A stretch of DNA of 64,000 nt from Eledone cirrhosa (Eukaryota), in NCBI GenBank assembly GCA_964016885.1, contig OZ024742.1, positions 21,762,001 through 21,826,000 on the forward strand, written 5' to 3'. A model generated the notes under the pieces. The model saw only the letters and a list, made by a program, of their open reading frames with translations, searched no databases and was not told the origin of the DNA. A program made the position numbers and the translations under genes. Shown piece after piece: positions 1-12,897 of the stretch (its first letter is position 1; each line of letters starts with the position of its first letter).

Positions 1-1786
1 TGGAGAGGCATCTTCGCAAGGAGGGGCCCGAGTGGGCCAGGTGGATGTCGAGGCCCTCCCTCCGTATAGCCTTGCGGATAGCGTTGGTGGTTTTCTCGCC
101 CAGGTGTGGCATTTTAAGGAAGCACTTGCCGTGGGTGCCTCTCTGTCTCTTGTGCCTGGCGTCTCCCACTCTGTCTGTGAGCGAGGTAGGGTACCCGTTC
201 GTCTCCAGCCGCCTCGAGGAATCGCTTGGTATGAGTGACACCATTCGCGGGATCGCTGCATCTGTTTTTGATTCGCGCGATCTCGTTCGTGATGTATCAT
301 CTTTTGGCACTGTTAGGGAGGGCGGACTTGTAGTGAACGAACAGGTACCTGCAGGCTGCCTTTCGGTAGAAGTTGCAGTGGATCCCTCCCTGTTCCGTGA
401 TGTTGATTCGGAAGTCGAGGAGGGCAAGTGCCACGTCTTCGTTGGGGTTTTCAACACTGAAGTCAATGTTCTCGTCGGTGTTGTTGAACGTCTCATAGAT
501 TCTCTTCGCCGTGTCTTGGGAAGATGTGAGGATGAGGATATCATCCACGTACCTTGAGAAAAAGGCGACGGCGTTGGGGTGGCAGGCGTCGAGTGCCTTG
601 CGCTCGAGGTTGTCCATGTAAGAGACCGCTAGCACACCTTATAGGCTTGATCCCATGGGCAATCCCGAGGTTTGTTGGTATGTTTGGTCAAGGAATCCGA
701 AGTAGGTGTTGTCGACGACGATGGATAGGAGTTGGTGGATGTCAGTGGTGGTGAGTCCGAAGCAGTGTAGGTCGGTGGATTGGACGCGTTCCAGCTGTAT
801 ATTGACGGCCGGGAGTGCCGGGACCGAGGTGTAGAGAGCGACTACATCAAGGCTGAAGGCATATCTGTTATTCCTTCTGGTGTCGGGATCCATTTGATGC
901 AGGCGCTTCAACACCTCCTCGGAGCTGTTAACGTGTCCCGGCAAGGTGTCTAAGATGGGTTTGAGTATTCTGGCTAGGAGCCATGAAATTTTGTAGAGTG
1001 GTACCTCCACGCTCGATAGAATGGGCCTGATCTTCAGGTCGGGTCCCTGCTTGTGTGTTTTCACGAGGTGGTAGAAGGTGGGTCGTCTGCTGTTCCTCGT
1101 GAGGATGTTGTATCTCAGCTTCTTCGGGAGCTTCCGCCGGTCGCAGATGTTGGTCCAGGCGGCGTTGATGTGCTCTTCTATCTGCGGGTGATTCCCGTGA
1201 CCTTGGAGTAGAGGTTGTCATCGTCAAGGTGTTGGAGGGCCAGGGTGTTGTAGGCCTCTCTGCTGATGACGCAGAATTCTTTTCCCTTGTCGGAGGGGAG
1301 ATAGATGAGGTTCTTCGATTTTAGGTTGGAGAGAGTGGTGAGTTGTGATTTGGTGAGATTATGTGTTGTGCGTGTGTGTGTGTGTGTTTGTGAAGTATAT
1401 CCGAGATGGAGTGTTTTAGCCTGATGAGTTTAGTGTCGAGTTCGTGGTTGGTGGGTCGGGGGTGGAGTGGGTTGTCGGGGTGGTAAGTGGGGAACTTGAG
1501 GTGGGTTGCGTGGGCGCTGTTATTTTCTGTGGCACTGTTGATGGCGGTCACCCATTTAAGTTGGTAAGCGGCTCGACAAAAGTTGGCCTCGATGTTGAGT
1601 TTGAGTCTGTCGTAGAGACGTTGTGAAACGATGAACTTGGGTCCGAGGTGTAGGAGTTTCAGCTCGTCGCTCGTGAGAGTGCCGGTTCGGTCGGTGACCA
1701 GGTGCGTCGCATCGTTGAGGTGTGGCTCGGTGTTGGTGGATGCGGCGGTAGCGGTTGTTAAGTTGTTGTTTTCCACGTGGTTCTGG
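1..1786 (-). pseudogene. Penelope-like element, RT-coding arm (disrupted), continues beyond window start
   Basis: Minus-strand ORF pieces with PLE RT motifs: KIRPILS, FSLDVVALYTSVP, YQQTSGLPMGSSL, FFSRYVDDILIL, LDFRI, FYRK. In-frame stop at ~636-638 and frameshifts. Bases 1-325 are the reverse complement of ~1786-2110. Confidence 0.92.
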
Positions 1787-2473
1787 TCCGCCCTCCCTAA
1801 CAGTGCCAAAAGAGGATACATCACGAACGTGATCGCGCGAATCAAAAATAGATGCAGCGATCCCGCGAGTGGTATCACTCATACCAAGCGATTCCTCGAG
1901 GTGCTGGAGACGAACGGGTACCCTACCTCGCTCACAGACAGAGTGGGAGACGCCAGGCACAAAAGACAGAGAGGCACCCAAGGAAAGTGCTTCCTTAAAA
2001 TGCAACACCTGGGCGAAAATACCACCAACGCTATCCGCAAGGCTATACGGAGGGAGGGCCTCGACATCCACCTGGCCCACTCGGGCCCCTCCCTGCGAAG
2101 ATTCCTCTCCAGGAAACCCGGGAAATCTACTGACGCGTGCTCCCTCAGGGACTGCTCGATACGCCATGCGAACTGTTGCCTACGCACATACGTCGTGTAT
2201 AAGATAGAATGTGACAGGTGCAACCAATACTATATAGGTAGCACAATCCGACCTTTGCACATCCGGATCAAGGAACACACTAAAACTAGGGCCTCGTCTT
2301 TCCGGAAACACTTAGACAAATGCGGAAACAAAGACGGAAGGCCCATTGTCACAATTCTAGCGACTGAAAGTAACGTCGGCACGTTACGTATCAAAGCAGC
2401 GCTTTTTATCAAACGCCTGGCACCGCAAATAAACAATCGATCCGAGAGAAGCGAAATGAGGTGGCTGATTTAA
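1787..2473 (+). CDS. Inverted, 5'-truncated PLE ORF: post-RT region + GIY-YIG endonuclease
   Basis: SALPNSAKRG...CSLRDC...CLRTYVVYKIECDRCNQYYIGSTIRPLHIRIKEH...ALFIKRLAPQIN; open to the stop at 2473. The N-terminal part of listed ORF 1631..2473 is antisense RT sequence across the inversion junction. Confidence 0.9.
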   Translation, partial: SALPNSAKRGYITNVIARIKNRCSDPASGITHTKRFLEVLETNGYPTSLTDRVGDARHKRQRGTQGKCFLKMQHLGENTTNAIRKAIRREGLDIHLAHSGPSLRRFLSRKPGKSTDACSLRDCSIRHANCCLRTYVVYKIECDRCNQYYIGSTIRPLHIRIKEHTKTRASSFRKHLDKCGNKDGRPIVTILATESNVGTLRIKAALFIKRLAPQINNRSERSEMRWLI

Positions 2474-3157
2474 GTTAACAAACGATGCAGCAACACACGC
2501 ACACACATACACAAACGAGACAACTACACACGCACACGCACACACACACAGTAGCATTCCACCATACGACCATACTACACTGCCAATACAGAGGAACAAG
2601 GCAACAACACACGCACACACACACACACACTCAAGCGAGACAACAACACACATACACACACACACACAGTAACATTTAACAAACAGGCAGAGAATAGACT
2701 GACAGCTAGCGCCACCCCACTCCCACATTCGGCCGCTGACCTCTGCCAGACCGACCCCATTTCACGCGCACGCGCGCTCTGCCGAATACCTCAGATATTC
2801 AAAACAACAAACAGCGGACGACGCGTTTCGCACCTTTCCGACAGACAACCTTTCCCCCACCCCGGAAAAAAACCCGGTTGATGGATGTGAATCCGAAATA
2901 TATAGGGACCATTAAATCTCTCCCAAGGTAACTCTCTCTCGTGTTGTTATTTTTATTTTATCCTTTATACTCTTTCCTTCATTCCTCTACACGTCTTATA
3001 CACACCACGCATCTCAACGTACACCCACTTACATCTCTCTCTCCACCACCGGATCTTGTTACCCGGAGATTTACCCATTTGCATTGTCGAGGCTTCCAAA
3101 CGACTTAAAGATATTTACCTATTATTCCACAATACTTCAAGCAAACTTCAATACTCT

Positions 3158-3158
<1 letters not shown>
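2474..3158 (+). mobile_element. PLE 3' UTR / pseudo-LTR with degenerate minimal hammerhead (~2873-2909)
   Basis: CA-rich UTR, then cc-CGGTTGA-t-ggat-gtga-atcc-GAAA-tata-TA-gg (two mismatches to CTGANGA); ends in (TA)n at ~3159. Confidence 0.7.
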
Positions 3159-3199
<41 letters not shown>

Positions 3200-3202
<3 letters not shown>

Positions 3203-3390
3203 TTAATATAGATGAGATTCTACAGGACTAGAACTGTTTCATTCATTAGAAATCATCAGGATTCCTGATGATTTCTAATGAATGAAACAGTTCTAGTCCT
3301 GTAGAATCTCATCTATATTAAAATGTTATACTCTGCTATGTATTGAGTACCTTACTTACTGTGGTTACCTCCGATTCAACCCGGAATAAC

Positions 3391-3391
<1 letters not shown>
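3200..3391 (+). mobile_element. Fold-back PLE-end element, family A, copy 1
   Basis: ~60-bp near-perfect inverted arms centred at ~3262 plus a ~68-bp unique tail, flanked by (TA)n. Homologous copies at 11424-11630, 33423-33606 and 55258-55380. Confidence 0.85.
3260..3308 (+). ncRNA. Type I hammerhead ribozyme motif (family A)
   Basis: gattc-CTGATGA-t ttc taat gaa t-GAAA-cag ttctagtc ctg-TA-gaatc; stems I, II and III pair; GUA cleavage triplet. Confidence 0.8.
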
Positions 3392-3430
<39 letters not shown>

Positions 3431-3590
3431 GAGATGTATGTATGCGTGTCTGAGTGTGTGTGTCTATGTCTGTGTGTATCGAATGTGTTATTTATTCTCG
3501 AATAATGTTGTTATCCTTTACACACAATATAATATATATGACAATAAAGCATATCTATTACATATTATTTCCTGAAACCATTATTTTCAG

Positions 3591-3782
3591 GGCGATGGAT
3601 TGGCAGTATCAGTAGAGGGTCGGACGCCATGCTTTGACGTATAGCGTTACGGCCCTTGCCATTCTGAGTTCAAATCCCGCCGAGGTTAACTTTGCCTTTC
3701 ATCCTTACAGATTCGATAAAATAAAGTACCAGTAATGCACTGGTTAATTGCTGGCCTTGTGCCAAACGTAGAAACAATTATT
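3591..3782 (+). mobile_element. tRNA-derived SINE (family 1)
   Basis: A-box-like tggcagtatcag, B-box gagttcaaatccc, body ctttgcctttcatcc...gataaaataaagtaccag; many copies in the window. Confidence 0.85.
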
Positions 3783-3904
3783 TCCTGTATATAACAATGT
3801 ATGTGAATGAATGTTTAATAAGAAGATTATAAAGCAAATAATAAAATATGTATAATAAAATATAGTGTAACGACCCCCTTCGCTCACGAAAGGCGATGGG
3901 ATTT

Positions 3905-4210
3905 ACACCTAGCAAGTTTCCCTTCCGAAGCACATATCCGGGCAATATTGTTTGTGGAAGACCAGCAGTCGCCCATGCCTGCTAGCCTTACCTCTCACTT
4001 CTACACACCACCAATTTTGTCCAAGGGAAAGACAGTTGTTGATACATCTTGACACCAGTGAGATCGCAACTCATTTCTACAGCTGAGTAAACTGCAGCAA
4101 TGTGAAATAAAGTGTCTTGGTCAAGGACACAAAACACCACCCGATCTGGTAATCGAACTCCCAACCTTACAATTGCAAATCCAACACTCTAACCACTAAG
4201 CCATACACCT
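3905..4210 (-). mobile_element. tRNA-derived SINE (family 2)
   Basis: Minus strand has ggcttagtggttagag (A box), gagttcgattacc (B box) and a central ccttgaccaagacacttt motif. Related pieces at ~6145-6310, ~36490-36610 and ~46455-46675. Confidence 0.75.
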
Positions 4211-4949
4211 ATAATTGATGATTTATTATATAACTTATTTAGTCGCATAATTAAACATTTATAGTCAATTTCTAATACGGTTAATTTACAACGGAGGAAA
4301 GATTACATAAGTTCGGGGTTGGTTCGAACGTTTTTTATTGTTTTATTTTGTGGGGTAGTTTTTTTCTTCTTCTATTCGTCTGTGGAATGTAGTCATTTTG
4401 CAACTTGTCGAAATATTACGAAATCTAACGAAAATATTTCGAATCTTTTTTATAAGCACAACGTCACAGCGGTTGTTTCCTTCTTCCTATGTCAAAAATC
4501 ATGAAATTACTCATTGATTGTTATTTTATGTTTGTTTCCTCTCTTCACATTTTTTATCTTTTTATTCTTCCATTAGTTGTTTCGTGTCGTGATTATTAAA
4601 CCTAACCTGCGTTCTCTTCTATACAGTCTAATTGCAAAGCATATGGCGTCGAAGATTATTTTATCGGTTAGATAATTATCTGTACTTTTTTTGTTTACTG
4701 ATGTTGATTAACCATTCGCTACAGAAGATGTTATGGTTGCCGGATACAATATTAAAAAATATCTCTGAAAATCTTTCATGGAGACAAAGAATTAAAAATA
4801 TCAGAAGATATTGAAAAGAATTTACTGATTTCTCCCAGTAAAAGATGACAAAAAAATTGTAATATATATAATTTTTTTTCTTAATTAAAAGATTTCTTTG
4901 TCTCTTGAACTTGGATTCTGAATGCTATGCCATATTACCATTTATTGCT

Positions 4950-5312
4950 ATGGCGTTGTAAACGGTAGGTATAAACACCAGACTCACTATCTTCAATTCA
5001 GAATTCGTCCCAACACTTACCTATGGTCCTGAATCTTGAGTAATGACCGAATGAATAAGATCACGAATACAAGTGACAGAAATAGCGTTCCTCCAGAGGG
5101 TCTTTGGAATACCGTTATTCGATAGTGTACGTAGCTCGGAGATCAGAGAGTCGCTCCAGTTGGAACAGCTATTTCTCCGAATTGAATGATCACAGTTCCG
5201 ATATTGCTGACATGTGTTTAGAATGTCTCAGGAAAGAATCACTGGGCAGATCTTACGGGCAAAATAAACAGTCAAGAGACCCAGGGGTAGACCCGAGCAC
5301 GATATTTGGATA
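4950..5312 (+). pseudogene. RTE-clade LINE ORF2 C-terminal remnant
   Basis: Manual translation: FVPTLTYGPES*VMTE*IRSRIQVTEIAFLQRVFG...DSVRSSEIRESL...HVFRMSQERI...KRPRGRP, with several stops. Confidence 0.8.
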
Positions 5313-6324
5313 ACATCACTGAGCTTAAATATTTTATGATCTGAAGCTTTAAGTTCTTTCTTTCTTGAATTAAAAGCTTTCATATTAACCACCATACACA
5401 CATTTATACAATATAATTAAACAGATCTTAGAAACAGAACATAGTGTACATTTGTGCAAGTGAAACTGATAAAGCAAGCACAACCAATCCAGCTCTGCAA
5501 ACCACACTGACAATACCACAACTGTAAGAAGGTAACAAAACAACGTTGCGGCCTTTAAAACTATAAGAGCAGTAGTGACAAAGACCCGTAACTTCCACAT
5601 ACAGAATAATCAGGGTTAACAATAAAGAAAATGTAACAGAAATAATAAAGTGAATAAAAGAACTAGCTATTAACAAATTCAATCATTCTGGATCAAAAGA
5701 ATTACCTTCTCGAGGCTGAGAATAAACAAATAGTTCGGGAAATTAATAGCTGACTGCAACCATCCTGTCAAAATGATTGTTTCCACTGCAACAATCCTGA
5801 ACATTGCATCGGTAAATTGTTTATTCAGTAACCATGACACTATTAAGAGAGGAAAGCGTTTTACCCATACTACATTAAATATCTTGTCACCCAACCATAA
5901 TGAAGAGAAACTATATAATATATATAATACAAAATACTAAATAGTTACTCAGTGAAACAGAAATGGAAATATATAAACAAGAAACGAAATTATGCAATAA
6001 GTGAAAAGAAAAAATTGTAACAATTGCTCTTGGCAAGCAGATGATGGGTAAGATGATTTGAAAGAAAATAGCGTGAACATTTCCTTCTGCATCAGAATAA
6101 TTTATTTGAAACAAATAGTAAAACATTCTTTCAGTACAGAATTAATTTGTTCGATTCCCCGTGGAGCGTTATGTCCTTGAGCGAAAAGCTTTCTTTCTTT
6201 CGGCTGGCAAAAACAAAACTAGTTGTACCTGTAATTCAAAGGCCTAAGCTTGTCACTTACTGTGTCAGGCTGAATCACACTGAGAACTATGATAACGGAG
6301 CATGTATCTATTAAATACATGCAT

Positions 6325-7226
6325 TATTTTATCGATTCCATAAGAATGAAATACAAAGCTAACCTCGGCGGGATTTGAACTCAGAAGGTAAACGAGTGTA
6401 ACTATATGCTGCAAAGCATGTTATTCGACGCTTTACTGATACTGCCAATACACCGCCTTTAGCCACACAAATAAGAGTTTTTGATTTAGCCACAAGATCA
6501 ACAATTTTGGGAGAAGGGGAAAGTCGATTAAATCGACTCCAGTTCATTACTGGTATTTTATTTCATCGAACCCGTAAGGTTAAATAGCAAAGCATTTTCC
6601 ATTACCTCCCTGTACTATCACACATCTCACACAGTACACATTCTACAGAATAACTACCAATACTATTAAACAACATACTAAACATACTAAACGCATGCAG
6701 CGTACTTTTTATTACCTCTCCTATACAGAAACTCACTTCACAAAACATAGGTTGTATATAATATCAATGGAGATATCTCCATACTACAACACAATTCACA
6801 GCATAAATTCTATACAATTATTTCTGATTTATGTAGAAGACCAAGAATTAGCAAGGGGTTGATTAATTCTACCCCATTGCGTTACTGGTGGTTTATTTTA
6901 TCGAACCCGCAAAGATGAATATCAAAGCTAACCTCAATGGGATTTGAACTCAGAACGTAAAGGGCCGTAACTATATGCTGCAAAACATGTTGTCCGATGC
7001 TCTACCAATACTGCAAATCCCCCGCCATACCACAGTGTATATAGTGATTTCTACTATAGGCAAAAGGCCAGCAATTTGGGAGAAGGGAAAGTCGATTAAA
7101 TCGACACCAGTGTATTACTGTTGCTTCATTTTATCGAAAGACAAAACTAACCTCGGCGCGATTTGAACTTAGAACGTATAGGTCTATAAAGTACATTGTA
7201 TATATATAAAACTGAGGATGTCTGTC

Positions 7227-7262
<36 letters not shown>

Positions 7263-8785
7263 AGTCTGTCTATGAGTTTGAATCCCTAAGACTCGAGAAG
7301 TACCCAACCGATTTTTTTCAAACTTTACATGTGTATTACTTATGTTTCAGGAAGTGTTATGCACATAAAAATATTCAACTTTTTGATCCGCTAGGTGAAA
7401 AACTTAGTTTTTTAAGCTTTTTAGGGTTTTTTTAGGCGTTACGTCAGACCGATTTCCTTGAAATTGTAACTATGTATTAGTCAGTCTCTTCTCCATAACG
7501 TGAGCAAAGAAAATTCTACTTTTGTATGGCCTATGTTAAAAACCTTTTTTAGCTTTTCAGGGCTTTTTTGAGGCGTTACGTCTAGCCGATTTTCCTGAAA
7601 TTTCAAGGCATATTATGCGCATAAAAAAATTCATTTTCTTGATCCACTAGGGCCCGCATGAGGTTAAAAATTGCATTTTTCCTGCTTCATCGAGGAAAAT
7701 CTTAAAGATTATCCAGCCATCAGAGTATTCGGTTTATTTTCTTTACATATCGTCCAGGCCTGCAGTTTTTCCACGATTAGGTCTGTTGGCGGCCCGCGTT
7801 CTAAAATACCTTATCCCGTATAACGCCGGGTACCACTGATAGTTGTATATAAATGTTTCTAATTTTGACACAGCGCCAGCAATTATCCCAGTACATTACT
7901 TTATTTTATTCGACCCTGTAAGGATGAAAGTCAAAGTTAACACATTGTATATAATGGTTTCTTATATAGGCACAATTCCAGCAATTTTGTGGGAGGGGAA
8001 AGTCGAATAAATCGACCCAGTGCGTGACTACTACTTTATTTTATCGACCCCGTAATGATGACAGGCAAAGTTAACCTCGGGATTTGAACTCAGATCATAA
8101 AGGCCCGTAACTCTATGCTGCAAAGCATGGGTGTCCGACTCTCTACCGATACTGCCAATCCACCCAACACATTGTATATAATAACCAGTCGAACTATTCG
8201 ATATTATAGCATAATTTAATACGACACAAATCGTTTGTAATAACCAGACAATACTACACCACAACGTACTAAACACATACTCTACACCATTAACTCGAAT
8301 ATTATGAAAGAGTTCAACATCAAAATATAAGAACAAACAATACTAGCAGCCAATGACTAGCATATTTCCATTCTATCAACAGACAATAATGTTTAGTGTC
8401 AAGGAACATAACACTATGACGTGGCGTTGCATTGAATAACTCACTTGAAACAGTTGGAAACAATAATGTTTCTACATTATTAATAATGGTTTCTGAGTTA
8501 GGAACAAGGCCATCAATTTAGTGGGAGGGGAAAGTTGATTAAAACACCCCCAGTGCGTTACTGGTAGTTTATTTTATCGATCCCTTAAGGATGAAAGACA
8601 TAGTTAACCTTGAACTCAGAACGTATAGAGATGTGACTATATCCCACAAAACATATTGTCCTGCGCTCTAACGATATTGTCAGTCTACCGACCTAAAGGG
8701 CAAAGTTGATCTCGGCGGGGTTTGAGCTTAGAACGTAAATGACCGTAACTAGATGTTACGAAGCATTTTGTCCGATACTCTAAAA
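6325..8785 (-). mobile_element. Cluster of ~8 co-oriented family-1 SINE copies/fragments
   Basis: Repeated ttttatcgaccc...aaggatgaaag.caaagttaacctcggcgggatttgaactcagaac at ~6325, 6550, 6890, 7125, 7900, 8035, 8570 and 8700. Confidence 0.85.
7196..7842 (+). mobile_element. Non-autonomous Helitron-like element
   Basis: 5' tatatataaaactgaggatgtctgtctg followed by (TG)n; internal ~130-bp tandem subrepeats containing ccgattt; 3' hairpin cccg-tataacgc-cggg followed by ATAG (CTAG-like); inserted between A and T without a clear TSD. Confidence 0.7.
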
Positions 8786-8939
8786 AGTAGGCAGAATATA
8801 CCTAATTTTTTTCCAAAGTTAGATTGTATGTTTTCATGAGCACACACTATCATACAAATACACTCTACTTCCCCAGGAATCGCTGAATCGCTGAATTAGC
8901 TGAATATGTTCTAAACTGGTAAATCACAATTTCTCTCTC

Positions 8940-9186
<247 letters not shown>

Positions 9187-9218
9187 AGAAATTAAAAGAT
9201 GGTTAAAAACGTTCCATA

Positions 9219-9288
9219 TATTTTATTATGCGCATTTCGAAAACAACATCATCCTGGGACAAAAATTGTGTTCTCATCAGATAAAATA
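9219..9288 (-). ncRNA. Type I hammerhead motif, stem III TGCGCA
   Basis: Minus strand: tattttat-CTGATGA-gaacaca...tgttgttttc-GAAA-tgcgca-TA-ataaaata. Confidence 0.8.
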
Positions 9289-9611
9289 AGGTAACATGAT
9301 ATGAGGTCTAAAAACACTTGTCAACAAGAAATTGTCCAGTCTACATATGACAAAAATATACGAGTAAGAGAAAAATATGAAAAAATGAAGAAAAGGAAAG
9401 AAGAAGGATAAAGGAAAAACAAATAGAAGAGAGGAAAAAAGAAAAAAGAAAGAAGGAAGAGAGAGAAAGAGAAATAGAGGGAGAGAGACTTTTGATCAGG
9501 AACGCTGTCAAAATGAAAACAGCTGTAAATAACGGCTAAAAAAATATATTGATGAGGTGTATGTGCGAATAATATAGATTGTATTCAAATATTAGAGGTC
9601 TAAAATATAGA

Positions 9612-9653
<42 letters not shown>

Positions 9654-9656
<3 letters not shown>

Positions 9657-10175
9657 AAAGTTCTATTTAAATTGTTGGGATACAACAAGCAAATATTTTT
9701 ATAACTGATATAAAGCACTCAACAAGTATTTGGAGTAAACTTACGATATTAACAAATGGAAACTATATTTATAAAACCATATTTATTTTATTATACATAT
9801 TTCAAGGACACCACGTTAAATTATGGTGTGCTTTCATCAGACAAAATATAATAGAGATCAGTTTTATAAATAAATATTGACATACCCTTAAAAAATGCAA
9901 CCATTACTGTTGGAAGCTCCCGGATAGTGGAGTTATTTACTTATATTATTATTAGTATTGGATATATATATTATATATTATTAGTAACTCCACTATCCGG
10001 GAGCTTCCAACAGTAATGGTTGCATTTTTTAAGGGTATGTCAATATTTATTTATAAAACTGATCTCTATTATATTTTGTCTGATGAAAGCACACCATAAT
10101 TTAACGTGGTGTCCTTGAAATATGTATGATAAAATAAATATGGTTTTATAAATATAGTTTCCATTTGTTAATATC

Positions 10176-10178
<3 letters not shown>
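9654..10178 (-). mobile_element. Fold-back PLE-end element, family B, copy 1
   Basis: ~195-bp inverted arms (9742-9935 and 9985-10178), ~88-bp tail on the left, (TA)n on both sides. Confidence 0.85.
9784..9848 (-). ncRNA. Type I hammerhead motif (family B); mirror copy at 10072-10136 (+) has a mutated triplet
   Basis: tattttgt-CTGATGA-aag cacacca..tggtgtc ctt-GAAA-tatgta-TA-ataaaata; the plus-arm copy reads TG instead of TA. Confidence 0.8.
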
Positions 10179-10257
<79 letters not shown>

Positions 10258-10299
10258 CTTCAAAATATTAATAAATATAGACATTCATGTGATCAAATA

Positions 10300-10365
10300 T
10301 ATTTTATTATACATATTTCAGAGATACTGAGCTATTTCATCAGTACGTCCTCATCAGATAAAATA
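10300..10365 (-). ncRNA. Type I hammerhead motif (B-related, different stem II)
   Basis: Minus strand: tattttat-CTGATGA-ggacgtactga...tcagtatctct-GAAA-tatgta-TA-ataaaata. Confidence 0.78.
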
Positions 10366-10421
10366 AATTGATGTCTGACATACCTCGACTGTGCTGATGG
10401 TTCAAATCCAGTCTTGGCAGA

Positions 10422-10477
<56 letters not shown>

Positions 10478-10478
10478 T

Positions 10479-10520
<42 letters not shown>

Positions 10521-10647
10521 TCTTTTTTAGTATATGTTGGTTGTATACCGACACCTCAGTATGCAGATTGGATAACTCGACGAAGTATGCAGGTTGGTTT
10601 GCTTATTCCGGAGTAATGTAAAATAATTAAGTCAAATGTGTAAAATT

Positions 10648-11420
10648 TGGATGGTCTGTATCTCTCGTCCATGAATTCGCCAAGCTTAAGCTTACAGATA
10701 TTATTTATTTGTTTCTTCCTATCTTTCCGTTGCTATACCATGTTTGTTTGTTTGTTTACTTGTCTCATTCGCTTTACGCTATTTCACTTGTCCCAATAGC
10801 TTTATTTAGCTATTGCTCGCACAAGCTGGGGGCATATGATTTTTAAAGCGATGAAATACCAATGAAGGTTGGAAAATCACTGATGAAGGACTATTTTATT
10901 CATATATAACCCATGTGCAACCACGCAGCTTTCAATTCTCATATTTTTATATATATATTTTTCCTCAGCTGCGTTTGTCTCTTTCTTTCTTACTACTTAC
11001 CCCTTCTCTCTGTATCTCTCACCTTGTTTCGCCCCCTCTGTCAGTCACACTTTCTCTCGACTGGCCTCTTCCTCGCACTTCCACTCACTCACTCTCTGCT
11101 TCTCCCCCTCTCACTTCCTCCCGTTTGGCCTGTGTGGGGTCCTTTCTCACTCACACCCCACCCATGTCGGATGGTCTGTATCTCTCGCCCATGAAATTCG
11201 CCCAGCTTAAGCTTACAGATATCATGTACTTGTTTCTTCCTATCTTTCCGTTGCTATACCATGTTTGTTTACTTGTCTCGCTCGCTTTACGCTATTTTAC
11301 TTGTCCCAATAGCTTTATTTAGATATTACTCGCACCAACTAGAGGTATATGATTTTTAAAGCGATGAAATACCAATGAAAGTTTGAAAATCACTGATGAA
11401 GTACTAATTTTATTCATATA
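10648..11420 (+). repeat. ~260-bp direct repeat with ~520-bp period, ending in a decayed HHR-like motif
   Basis: ggatggtctgtatctctcg...aatcaCTGATGAag at 10648-10907 and 11169-11420. The GAAA half is degenerate in copy 1 and interrupted in copy 2. Confidence 0.7.
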
Positions 11421-11423
11421 TAG

Positions 11424-11628
11424 ATATATAGATGAGATTCTACAGGACTAGAACTGTTTCATTCTTTAGAAATCATCATGAATCATCAGGCCAGATTCCT
11501 GCTGATTTCTAAAGAATGAAACAATTCTAGTGCTGTAGAATCTCATCTATATTAAAACTTTTATACTCTGCTATATATTGAGTACCTTACTTACTGTGGT
11601 TACCTCCGATTCAACACGGAATAACTTA

Positions 11629-11630
<2 letters not shown>
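11424..11630 (+). mobile_element. Fold-back element, family A, copy 2 (HHR 11493-11543, core CTGCTGA)
   Basis: Homologous to 3200-3391; inverted arms; ends in (TA)n. Confidence 0.85.
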
Positions 11631-11698
<68 letters not shown>

Positions 11699-12571
11699 GG
11701 TATGTATATACATACATGCATATGTATATACATACATACATATATATAAAGAGGGGGAGATAGAGAGAACAACGAGTGTATAAACATCAACTACCATTAA
11801 CCGAATACGACAAACATACAGACACACACACACACACACACACATACACACACACACACACACACACGCGCGCACAGACACAGACACACACTAATTCTAT
11901 ACAATGTACTGCATTCATTAAAGCGATCTAAAATCTGTACCTAGAAGTGATATCTACTAGTTTTTTTTATAAAATATGCTGCAAAGAATTAAACACATTT
12001 TTTTTTTTTTTTATCAATTTTCTTTATATGGTTTCATACACCATGACATTTTAATCTTATACCATGCACTTCGACTCGTAGATCGTATATAAACGAAAGC
12101 CAAGTGATTATTAGTTTGACAAAGAGTTAATGTCTTTTCTTTCAGAAGAGTTTATAATTGGTTCTAATTTTGACACAGGGACAACAAATTACCCAGTGTA
12201 TTACTGGTACTTTATTTTATCGACCCCGTAAGGCTGAAAGGCAAAGTTAACCTCAGCGGGATTTGAACCCAGAATGGCAAGAATGATTATGTTTTGTTTT
12301 GTCTGTACGTAGAACCGATTTTATAGTGGGGCAGTGGGGGCATTGACCCCAGACCCCCGACCAATAGGGGGCCTTATCGGCTAGATAAATGGGCCTTGGG
12401 ACGGCAAATGGTATTTTGTTTTTTAGACACACCAGAACATTATCTTTAAGAAAATGTACTTCATGTCACTCCTGTGATCAATTCATCGAAATTCTTCTAC
12501 TTTGGTGACATTAGATGATTGTTGTAGAAAATATAGGTATGTTTAATGCAAGAATATGTCATACATATATA

Positions 12572-12606
<35 letters not shown>

Positions 12607-12897
12607 CTGTGTGTATGTGTGTGTGTGTTTGTGTGTGTGTGTTTGTGTGTGTATGTGTCTGTGTGTATGTATTTTTCGTTGTTGTAGTATTAAGGTGGCA
12701 ACACGCATCTGGTCGCATTTTTCATTGTGTCAGTATTACCTAACTTATGTTGATTAAGCTGATAAGTAATTTATTGATTACTCTCTCATTGAGTGCTTTG
12801 TGACAGGCTTCAAAAATCGATTGCGAATCTGCTACTCGCAACTACAACTTGGGTTATACTCATTATTATTATTTACTAGCATTATTATCATATAAAC

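Noticed and set aside
45-2223. Extra ORFs 45..557, 1556..2167, 1879..2223 (and 45016..45651)
   Set aside because: They are antisense or alternative frames of retroelement coding sequence.
3200-3391. Reading the short palindromes as MITEs or miRNA precursors
   Set aside because: The arms are asymmetric (one-sided tail), lack terminal inverted repeats at both element ends, and contain HHR cores, matching PLE fold-backs. Small-RNA production is not excluded.
3591-3700. tRNA genes at A/B-box sites
   Set aside because: No cloverleaf; the boxes are followed by the repeated SINE body, so these are SINE heads.
5385-6130. Cluster of hydrophobic minus-strand ORFs
   Set aside because: Short, in mixed frames, no motif; expected from the antisense of A-rich DNA.
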